DNA of 64,000 bases from an uncultured Candidatus Actinomarina sp. (GTDB lineage Bacteria > Actinomycetota > Acidimicrobiia > Actinomarinales > Actinomarinaceae). Below are positions 36,115 to 43,477 of the stretch, in pieces. Position numbers and translations under genes: made by a program. Position 1 is the first letter of the stretch, and every line of letters starts with the position of its first letter. The notes below the pieces were generated by a model. That model was not told where the DNA came from. It saw nothing but the letters and a program-made list of their open reading frames with translations, and ran no database searches. The DNA is taken from contig CABWZY010000001.1 in assembly GCA_902510055.1 (NCBI GenBank), positions 64,212-128,211 of the forward strand. Direction: 5' to 3'.

Positions 36115-36699
36115 TTAATCGTTTTCTTCCCTGAGGTCTTCTGGAACTTCGTATCCATTTTCTGTTATGCATTCCCTTACCATGGCCCTTAGGTCTTTTG
36201 CTGATATTACACCTGTTACAACGTACTGTGGCAGAGTGTCTCTTAAGCCATTTTCACTTGTTGGATCTGGCACATCTAAACCTTTTTCTCTTATGCATTG
36301 TGCTATCTCTAACTCTGCATCTAGTAACTCTGCTTGCTGTTCTGGGGTTGCCTGATCTCTAGCGTCAAGTGGAATATCATATTCATCTGCACATTTTTCT
36401 ATTAACGAATAAAACTCTTCTCTTTCTTCTTGATTCATTTCTACAAAAATAGGAGTTAGTATTCTTCTTAAATCACCAGGGTTTTTTGGATCTTCAAGTT
36501 CATAATTATTATCTCTAATACATTGTGCAAGCAATAATTCTGAATCAGCCCATGAACGCTCTTCTGAGGTAACAATTGTTGTTGTAGTAGAATCTATACC
36601 CTCTAAGGAGAGTACTCCTTGTTCTTCATTCTTACTAAAAAAAGAACAGGAAGAAATTAAAAGAAGAACAATTAAGAACAGAGGGGTTCTTCTGTTCAT
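36115..36699 (-). CDS. Acidic lipoprotein with QC-x-R-x-x-G-x-D-x-PDP modules (paralog A)
   Basis: Has the lipobox LISSC, then LAQCIRDNNYELEDP...C, IAQCIREKGLDVPDPT...C and a partial third module ECITENGYEVPED. Confidence 0.65.
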   Translation of the reverse strand: MNRRTPLFLIVLLLISSCSFFSKNEEQGVLSLEGIDSTTTTIVTSEERSWADSELLLAQCIRDNNYELEDPKNPGDLRRILTPIFVEMNQEEREEFYSLIEKCADEYDIPLDARDQATPEQQAELLDAELEIAQCIREKGLDVPDPTSENGLRDTLPQYVVTGVISAKDLRAMVRECITENGYEVPEDLREEND

Positions 36700-36702
36700 T
36701 TT

Positions 36703-37137
36703 TTAAGCTACTCCTAGCTTTTTCTTAAGATCATCAGTGATTGTTGTCGGTTTACTTGTTTTCATATCCGTATAAACATGAACTACTTCAGAAGAACTAG
36801 CTAGCTCCCCAGTGTTTTTCATAAAAATACCCATTATCCACGTCATGCTTGTGTTCCCGACCTCTTTTATTTTTAAACCAATCTCTATTTCGTCATCAAA
36901 ATATAAGGGCTTGTTGTATTGAACAACAACTTGGACTGTATGGAAGTCTTTGTTTGTAGTTCTGATTTCTTTTTCATAGTCATAATCTAAATCTCTAAAA
37001 TACTCAACGACTGCTTGATCATAAAAAGCAAGATAGTTAGCATTATGCATTATTCCTTGTGGGTCAAGCTCGTAATATCTGATTCTCGTTTCCCAAAAAA
37101 CTTTAAAATCAGATTTTTTTAACTCTATCTTTGACAT
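36703..37137 (-). CDS. Acyl-CoA thioesterase (4HBT/YbgC hot-dog fold)
   Basis: 144 aa with the R.YYELDPQGIMHNANY N-terminal pattern of hot-dog thioesterases. Confidence 0.75.
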   Translation of the reverse strand: MSKIELKKSDFKVFWETRIRYYELDPQGIMHNANYLAFYDQAVVEYFRDLDYDYEKEIRTTNKDFHTVQVVVQYNKPLYFDDEIEIGLKIKEVGNTSMTWIMGIFMKNTGELASSSEVVHVYTDMKTSKPTTITDDLKKKLGVA

Positions 37138-37139
37138 GA

Positions 37140-38342
37140 TTATACAAATATCTGAGTTTTTGGTTCAATACCTCCGGTTAGGGGCATTGCATATTCAAAA
37201 AACTCATTGGTAACATAAGGTTTATTCTCAGCAAGAAATTCTTTTGGCATTGCTTTTGTATTTTTAGCTACTTTTTCAAGACTGACAAGATCTACATCAC
37301 AATGATACTTATCAGAAAATTGTCTTTTTAATATAATGGATCCAGTGTCTTCTGTTTCGGAGACAACAGCAGCATGCTGACCTACTCTTTCTGCTTCTTC
37401 TGCGTCAATCTCTGAAATATCTGCTAAAAAAGATCTTTGAAGATAACCAAAAGTATCTGCTCTCACTCTTGCTCCGTCTATATTCTCTGAAATAATGTTT
37501 GTTAAAGTGTCGCCTAACGCGCCTGATCCTGAAAGTTGAATATTTCCATGGCTATCTCTTTTTCCAGCTAACCCCGATCCAGTTTCATCTGCATATGTTT
37601 GAAGGAAATACTCTCCGTCTTTATTATGAACTCCTTCTGAAACAGCAACGACGCATCTGCCCAATGATTCATATACTTCTTTAACTTCTTTTATGAATGT
37701 GTCTATATTAAATATTTTTTCAGGAACATAAACTAAGTGGGGCCCATCCTCCTCTGTTGCTTTTCCTAGGGTGCTTGCTGCTGTTAGCCATCCTGCGTGT
37801 CTTCCCATTAAAACATTTATTTTTATTCCATTTAAACTTCTATTGTCTGAGTCGTCTCCTTGAAATGCGTGTGCTACAAACCTCGCAGCAGAACCATATC
37901 CAGGGCAATGGTCAGTCTCTAATAAATCATTGTCTATTGTTTTGGGTATATGAAATGCTTTCATTTCATAACCTATGCTTTTTGCTCCTTCTGCTACTAA
38001 ATGTGCTGTTTCTGCTGAGTCATTTCCGCCAATATAATAAAAACTTCTTATATTTTGCCTTTCAAATATAGATATAAGCTGCTCGATATCATTATCTGTT
38101 GGTTTTTTTCTAACTGAACCAAGAGCTGCGGCTGGGGTTTTTGCAATTCCATATAGTTGTGATTCAGAAAGATTGGATAAATCAACAAAATCTTCACCCA
38201 ACATTCCAGCAAGGCCGTGTCTAGCTCCTAATATTTCATCAAAATCTCTAGTTGTGGCTTCTTTTATAAAGCCAACAAGAGATTTATTAATTACTGCTGT
38301 AGGTCCTCCAGACTGACCAATTACAGCTTTTCCTGCTGACAC
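37140..38342 (-). CDS. 6-phosphofructokinase (PFK-A family, PPi-dependent-like subgroup)
   Basis: Has QSGGPTAVIN, GGNDS, PKTIDND and MGR motifs. Phosphoryl-donor specificity cannot be decided from sequence alone. Confidence 0.85.
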   Translation of the reverse strand: MSAGKAVIGQSGGPTAVINKSLVGFIKEATTRDFDEILGARHGLAGMLGEDFVDLSNLSESQLYGIAKTPAAALGSVRKKPTDNDIEQLISIFERQNIRSFYYIGGNDSAETAHLVAEGAKSIGYEMKAFHIPKTIDNDLLETDHCPGYGSAARFVAHAFQGDDSDNRSLNGIKINVLMGRHAGWLTAASTLGKATEEDGPHLVYVPEKIFNIDTFIKEVKEVYESLGRCVVAVSEGVHNKDGEYFLQTYADETGSGLAGKRDSHGNIQLSGSGALGDTLTNIISENIDGARVRADTFGYLQRSFLADISEIDAEEAERVGQHAAVVSETEDTGSIILKRQFSDKYHCDVDLVSLEKVAKNTKAMPKEFLAENKPYVTNEFFEYAMPLTGGIEPKTQIFV

Positions 38343-38346
38343 TTAT

Positions 38347-39255
38347 TCAACTCCCGTTTTGATATACAGAGAGAAATCCAAGGTACGATTTAGCAATTTC
38401 ATCAACTGCTTCATCCCTAGATTTGTCTCCTTCGTGAAAACCTTTAAGTGCATTCCAAAATATAGACCTTCCTATAGCAAACCCTTTATATCCTTCTACA
38501 GACGACCCGGCTCTCAACCATTCATTAACTTTTTCGTCGCTTGCGCCTCTACCTAAAACTACTGCAATAACATTGCCCCTGTCTCCACTTTTTATTGCTG
38601 CGGCTACTTTTTCACAGTCTTCAGCTGTATCTAGACCTTCGATTTTCCAGATATCAGGATCTGCTCCTCTTTCTCTCATCTCTTCGACCACTTTAACTGC
38701 TAACTTTGGTCTAATTTCTGAATCATATCGAGCTTGATCGTTTTCTACAGATGCAAGCTGCTCTTCGGTGGCTGGCACAAGAAACTCTAAAAGAAACTTT
38801 TTATCATTTTTAGTTAGCCAGTCAGACAGTTCTTTTATCCGACCTCCTTGGGTTACCCTAACCTCTTCTTCATCATCAGGGTTCCAACGAACAAGAATTT
38901 TTACAAAATCAGCATCTATCTCGTTAATCTTTTCTCCAAATTTTTCACCATATTCGAAATCGAAAACTTTTTGTCCTGATTTTTCGACTGGTGCAGCAAA
39001 TTTAATTTTCATTTCTTTTGCTTTTTGTTGGACCTCTAGACCAAAAGTTTCATCAACTAATATTGCTGGATCCCCACCAGCTATTCCAGATTCCTTAGCT
39101 TTCAAGAAACCATCGAATATAATTTGCTTCATTTCGCTAACTTTATTTGCTTCATCCTTAGTTGGCTCTCTACCTTCTACTCCTAAGATGCCCTTCGTAA
39201 TGGTCCCCCTGTGGTCAAAAGCTAATATATATAAATCTTCCGAATAGCCTTTCAT
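38347..39255 (-). CDS. TIM-barrel aldolase-like protein (DUF2090/Cgl0159-like)
   Basis: Begins LYILAFDHRGT, is 302 aa and lies adjacent to PFK. Family assignment is by eye only. Confidence 0.45.
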   Translation of the reverse strand: MKGYSEDLYILAFDHRGTITKGILGVEGREPTKDEANKVSEMKQIIFDGFLKAKESGIAGGDPAILVDETFGLEVQQKAKEMKIKFAAPVEKSGQKVFDFEYGEKFGEKINEIDADFVKILVRWNPDDEEEVRVTQGGRIKELSDWLTKNDKKFLLEFLVPATEEQLASVENDQARYDSEIRPKLAVKVVEEMRERGADPDIWKIEGLDTAEDCEKVAAAIKSGDRGNVIAVVLGRGASDEKVNEWLRAGSSVEGYKGFAIGRSIFWNALKGFHEGDKSRDEAVDEIAKSYLGFLSVYQNGS

Positions 39256-39263
39256 TTTTATCC

Positions 39264-40229
39264 TTAAACTGTTTCCTTTTGTTGTCTAGTTCTTGAGTAG
39301 ACAAATAAACCTATCAAGATAAACAGTACTAGATAAAGTAAATTATTTTGCAACGCTAAAGAATTTTGCATTTCCTGAGAGTATTCGTTCAAATAAATCA
39401 ATGGTGGAGCTTCTTGAAATTTTCCAATTTCTGACAAGGTGTTAAGTAAATCAACTGTGCTTACTCCCCAATTGTTTGCAAGGTTTTCATCTAAAAAGTA
39501 GACACTACCCATTTGAACTGCTGTAATTTCTTCCCATCCATTTCTTGTTGAAAGATCCTTATTCAAATAATCAGAATGTCCGACCACAATCAAATTTGGG
39601 TTTGAAATAATTACCTCTTCTTCTGAAAATTCAGGATAACCGCTTCCAAATGGGTCTTCTTTTAGGTTGGCTACATTTTCTATTCCTAAAAGGTTGTAAA
39701 TTTGTCCAATAAAAGAGTTCTCATTAATTGTGTATATACCGTAAGTGAATCCAATTTCATGAAATACTTTTATATTATCTTCTGAAAAGTTTTCGATAAT
39801 TTCTTCAACGTCACTTTTCATTGAAGATACTAGGTCTGATGATTGATCTACTTTGTTGATTAAATTTCCTATTTCTTCAATTTGAGAATAAACCTCTTGA
39901 AAGTTTCTTGCCGGTGGGAGAAGAACATAATTTATTTCTAAGCTTTCTAGGCTTTCAATAATTCCATTAAAATCAAAAGCTACAATAACCAGATCTGGAT
40001 TTAATTTCACCAAGTCTTCTGCTTTAACAGTAAATGCATCTATTCTTTCAATAGGTGTCTCTGTTTTAGAAAAAGAATCTACACCAACTAAAAGCCTTTC
40101 AGCTCCTAAAACCTGTATAACTTGCGTATGAGTAGTTGATAAAGAAATGATTCTTTTTTCTCTGTTCGACTCTTGGGAACCTCCACACGTTGCAATCAGG
40201 GTGGCAAGAATTAACAATTTAAATTTCAT
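39264..40229 (-). CDS. BtuF/FhuD-type (cluster A-II) substrate-binding lipoprotein with an extra C-terminal TM anchor
   Basis: Has the lipobox LIATC and the RIISLSTTHTQVIQVLGAERLLVGVD pattern of the PF01497 family. It sits downstream of a cobalamin riboswitch. I chose the ATG preceded by AAAGGAAG. Confidence 0.7.
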   Translation of the reverse strand: MKFKLLILATLIATCGGSQESNREKRIISLSTTHTQVIQVLGAERLLVGVDSFSKTETPIERIDAFTVKAEDLVKLNPDLVIVAFDFNGIIESLESLEINYVLLPPARNFQEVYSQIEEIGNLINKVDQSSDLVSSMKSDVEEIIENFSEDNIKVFHEIGFTYGIYTINENSFIGQIYNLLGIENVANLKEDPFGSGYPEFSEEEVIISNPNLIVVGHSDYLNKDLSTRNGWEEITAVQMGSVYFLDENLANNWGVSTVDLLNTLSEIGKFQEAPPLIYLNEYSQEMQNSLALQNNLLYLVLFILIGLFVYSRTRQQKETV

Positions 40230-40249
40230 ATCTTCCTTTCTTACCACGA

Positions 40250-40390
40250 GAAAAAGTTTGAAACTCCATTCCTTCTCTCGAGAATTGTTGTTGTAAAAGC
40301 AAAAAGTCGACCTGACTTATCTTTCGAATCACAGTTGCGGGACAGTGTTAGGTTTTCACTAACTTCGCTTCTTTGCTTTATTCTTTAAAA
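40250..40390 (-). promoter_or_regulatory. Cobalamin (B12) riboswitch
   Basis: The minus strand reads AGTGAAAACCTAACACTGTCCCGCAACTGTGA...AAGTCAGGTCGAC. This matches the GUGAAA..CC / CACUG.CCCGCAACUGU core and a B12-box-like AGUCAGG. Confidence 0.7.
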
Positions 40391-40403
40391 AAAGTGTAGC
40401 AAA

Positions 40404-41003
40404 TTATTTAGAATCTTCTTCTTCGTTTGGAATATTTTTAAATGATTCTGAGAGTGTTTGCTCTTCAATGTCTCTTGGCACATCTGGCCTTGGCATCTCC
40501 GGGTAAACAACTTCTTCCTCTTTTTTTGTTTGAGATCTAAGGTTTTTTACTGTTTTAGATAAGGTCATTAAGACAGTCTCTTTGTTTTCATCTTTTTCTT
40601 TTTTTCGTTTCTTATCTTTTACTAAGGGTGTTTCTCCGTAAGACTCTTCCAGAACAACAACTTCTATTCCTCCAACCAGGTCTGAAACTAAATTATAGAA
40701 AAAAGCTCCTACTGTTGCGAGGGCTGTCTGTGTTAGTAAATATACGACTGCTAAAAATACAACCGATGAAAAGAGTGCTTCTATGTTTCCAACTAGTGAA
40801 GCATTGTCATCTAATAATGCCAACCTTCTTGCTATGTCCTCTAATCCCTGAGGAACTCCTGCATTAATTAATAAAACCCAAAGAATACTAAAGCCTAAAA
40901 CAATAGTTAGGGCAACAATAAAATTTAATACGAAGGTAACCTTCAATACTGTCCAGGGATCTACTTTTCTTATTATTCTTCTTACTCTATTTACTTTTAC
41001 CAT
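40404..41003 (-). CDS. DUF3566-like membrane protein conserved downstream of gyrA in Actinobacteria
   Basis: The N-terminal part has TM helices (IRKVDPWTVLKV...) and the tail is charged. Its position matches the Rv0007-type gene. Confidence 0.6.
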   Translation of the reverse strand: MVKVNRVRRIIRKVDPWTVLKVTFVLNFIVALTIVLGFSILWVLLINAGVPQGLEDIARRLALLDDNASLVGNIEALFSSVVFLAVVYLLTQTALATVGAFFYNLVSDLVGGIEVVVLEESYGETPLVKDKKRKKEKDENKETVLMTLSKTVKNLRSQTKKEEEVVYPEMPRPDVPRDIEEQTLSESFKNIPNEEEDSK

Positions 41004-41008
41004 TTTGC

Positions 41009-43477
41009 TTATTCTTCACTTTTTATAGGTATAAATGCTGAAATCTCTTCTTCTTTAGAGAGTTTCATTACTTTAACGCCTTGGGCTGCTCTGCTCATTT
41101 GTTTTATTTGCTTCACTGCACATCTTATAGCAGTTCCTCCTGTACTCATAAGCATAACCTCTGTGTCTTCATCAACTGATCTTGCTCCAACTAAATCACC
41201 TTTAGTTTCGGTTACTTTTAGGGCTTTAACGCCCATTCCTCCTCTTCCTGCTCTTCTAAATTCCTCTAATTTTGTTCTCTTTCCATAGCCCTTTGCTGTA
41301 ATAAATAATAAGGTTTCCTCTCTTGATGTTGAAGCTCCTACTACCTTGTCTCCTTCTCTAAGTTTTATTCCCCTAACGCCCATTGCTGTTCTTCCTTGGG
41401 GTTTTAGATTGTTTTCATCAAACCTTATTGCTTGTCCTTTCTTTGATACAAGAATTACATCTTCTTTTCCGGAGGTTGTTTTCACAGAAACGACCCGATC
41501 TTCGTCTTTAAGCTTTATTGCTTGTAAAGACTTATAGTTTGAATCAAAATCTTTAAACGCAGATTTTTTAACTGTTCCTTTTTCTGTCATAATTAACAAA
41601 AATTTCTCTGTTTCGTAATCTCTCGTGTCTATTATTGCCTGGACCTTTTCGTCTTGACCCATCGAAAGGACGTTGTGTATAAGAGAACCCTTTGCTGTTC
41701 TTGTTGTCTTTGGAAGCTCGTGTGCTTTTGCTCTGTATACTTTTCCTTGATCTGTAAAAAATAATAAGTATGAGTGAACGGATGTTGATAAAAGATGTTC
41801 TATCACATCTTCGTCTGAAGAAGCTGCCTTAACCCCTTTTCCTCCTCTTCCTTGTTTTTTGTATGATGTAGAGGGTACCGATTTTACATACCCACCTGAA
41901 GAAACTGAAACAATTATCTCTTCATCTTCAATTAGGTCTTCTATCTTTACCTCTCCTACGTCTGCTACTAGTCTTGATCTTCTTTCGTCTCCAAATTTTT
42001 CCGTTATTGCCTCAAGCTCCTCAACCAATATCTTATTTTGTTTTGCTCTACTTTTGAGAATCCCCCCAAGATCTTTTATTGTTTCTTTCAACTCTTTCTT
42101 TTCTTCTTCTAGCTTTTCTCTTTCAAGCGCTGTTAACCTTCTTAACGGCATATCTAATATATGTGAGGCTTGTATTTGAGAAAATTTAAATTTCTTCATT
42201 AATGATTTTCTTGCTACATCAACATCTTTCGATGCTTTAATAGTTTTTATAATTTGGTCAATTTTATTTAGAGCAAGTAAAAGTCCTTCTACTATATGGA
42301 GTCTTGATTTTGCTTTTTCTAATCTGTATTTTGTTCTTCTTTGAATAACGTCTATTTGGTGCTTTATGTAGAACCCTATAAGTTCTGGTACGGAAAGAAC
42401 CTTTGGAACCCCATCAACAAGAGCTACAGAGTTTACAGCAAAAGAGTCTTGTAGTTGTGTTTGTTTAAATAGTTGATTTAATACAACCTGAGGTACTGCG
42501 TCTCTTTTTAATTCAACAACAAGCCGTGTCCCGTTTCTGTCGCTGCTCTCGTTCCTAAGGTCTGATACCCCTGCTAGTTTTTTATCCTGTACTAATGCTG
42601 CAATCTTTTCCATTATTCTGTCTATTGATGCTTGGTACGGAAGCTCTTTTACAACAATTGCTGACCTTCCTTTTCCTAATTCTTCTACATCAGCAACTGC
42701 TCTTAACTTTATAGAACCTCTTCCTTTTAATATCGCATCTTTTATCGTCGGTGTTTCTACTATTAAACCACCTGTTGGAAAATCTGGTCCCTTAATTATC
42801 TTCAAGTAATCTCTTGGTTTTGGATCTTTTGTTTTTAATGTAAACTTAACCGCCTCAGTTATTTCTTGTAAATTATAGGGTGGCATGTTTGTAGCCATTG
42901 CAACAGCTATTCCTTCTGCGCCGTTTATGAGTAGGTTTGGAAACCTTCCTGGAAGGACCTTTGGTTCACTTGTTTCTCCAGAATAGTTTGGCTCAAAATC
43001 AACAGTTTCCTCATCAATTCCATCAAGTAGTTGTGATGCCAGTAATGACATCCTTGATTCTGTATATCTCATTGCAGCTGGTGGGTCGTCTGGAGTTCCA
43101 AAGTTTCCCTGTGGTTCAATAAGTGGATATCTTGTGCTGAAGTGTTGTCCTAGTCTTACAAGAGTTCCGTATATCGCATCATTTCCGTGTGGGTGATAAT
43201 TACCCATAACATCTCCCACAACCTTCGAACACTTTCTAAATGGGCCTGTTGGTCTAACGCCAGTCTCATACATTGAATAAAGGATTCTTCTTTGAACGGG
43301 TTTCAATCCATCCTTTACGTCGGGAAGGGCTCTTGAAACAATAACAGACATTGCATAGTCTAGAAATGATTTAGAAATTTCGTCTTCTACAGCTATTGCT
43401 CCATTTTGAACTGCTGGTTTCTTTGCTGCTGGTTTCTTTGCTGCTGGTTTCTTTGCTGCTGGTTTCTTTGCTGGCAT
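41009..43477 (-). CDS. gyrA: DNA gyrase subunit A with an N-terminal (PAAKK)n extension
   Basis: Has YAMSVIVSRALPDVKDGLKPVQRR, the active-site region AAMRYTE and C-terminal beta-pinwheel repeats. Confidence 0.97.
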   Translation of the reverse strand: MPAKKPAAKKPAAKKPAAKKPAVQNGAIAVEDEISKSFLDYAMSVIVSRALPDVKDGLKPVQRRILYSMYETGVRPTGPFRKCSKVVGDVMGNYHPHGNDAIYGTLVRLGQHFSTRYPLIEPQGNFGTPDDPPAAMRYTESRMSLLASQLLDGIDEETVDFEPNYSGETSEPKVLPGRFPNLLINGAEGIAVAMATNMPPYNLQEITEAVKFTLKTKDPKPRDYLKIIKGPDFPTGGLIVETPTIKDAILKGRGSIKLRAVADVEELGKGRSAIVVKELPYQASIDRIMEKIAALVQDKKLAGVSDLRNESSDRNGTRLVVELKRDAVPQVVLNQLFKQTQLQDSFAVNSVALVDGVPKVLSVPELIGFYIKHQIDVIQRRTKYRLEKAKSRLHIVEGLLLALNKIDQIIKTIKASKDVDVARKSLMKKFKFSQIQASHILDMPLRRLTALEREKLEEEKKELKETIKDLGGILKSRAKQNKILVEELEAITEKFGDERRSRLVADVGEVKIEDLIEDEEIIVSVSSGGYVKSVPSTSYKKQGRGGKGVKAASSDEDVIEHLLSTSVHSYLLFFTDQGKVYRAKAHELPKTTRTAKGSLIHNVLSMGQDEKVQAIIDTRDYETEKFLLIMTEKGTVKKSAFKDFDSNYKSLQAIKLKDEDRVVSVKTTSGKEDVILVSKKGQAIRFDENNLKPQGRTAMGVRGIKLREGDKVVGASTSREETLLFITAKGYGKRTKLEEFRRAGRGGMGVKALKVTETKGDLVGARSVDEDTEVMLMSTGGTAIRCAVKQIKQMSRAAQGVKVMKLSKEEEISAFIPIKSEE
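43411..43470 (-). repeat. Four perfect 15-bp tandem repeats encoding PAAKK at the gyrA 5' end
   Basis: The + strand unit ctgctggtttctttg occurs four times head to tail, immediately before the gyrA start codon. Confidence 0.95.
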
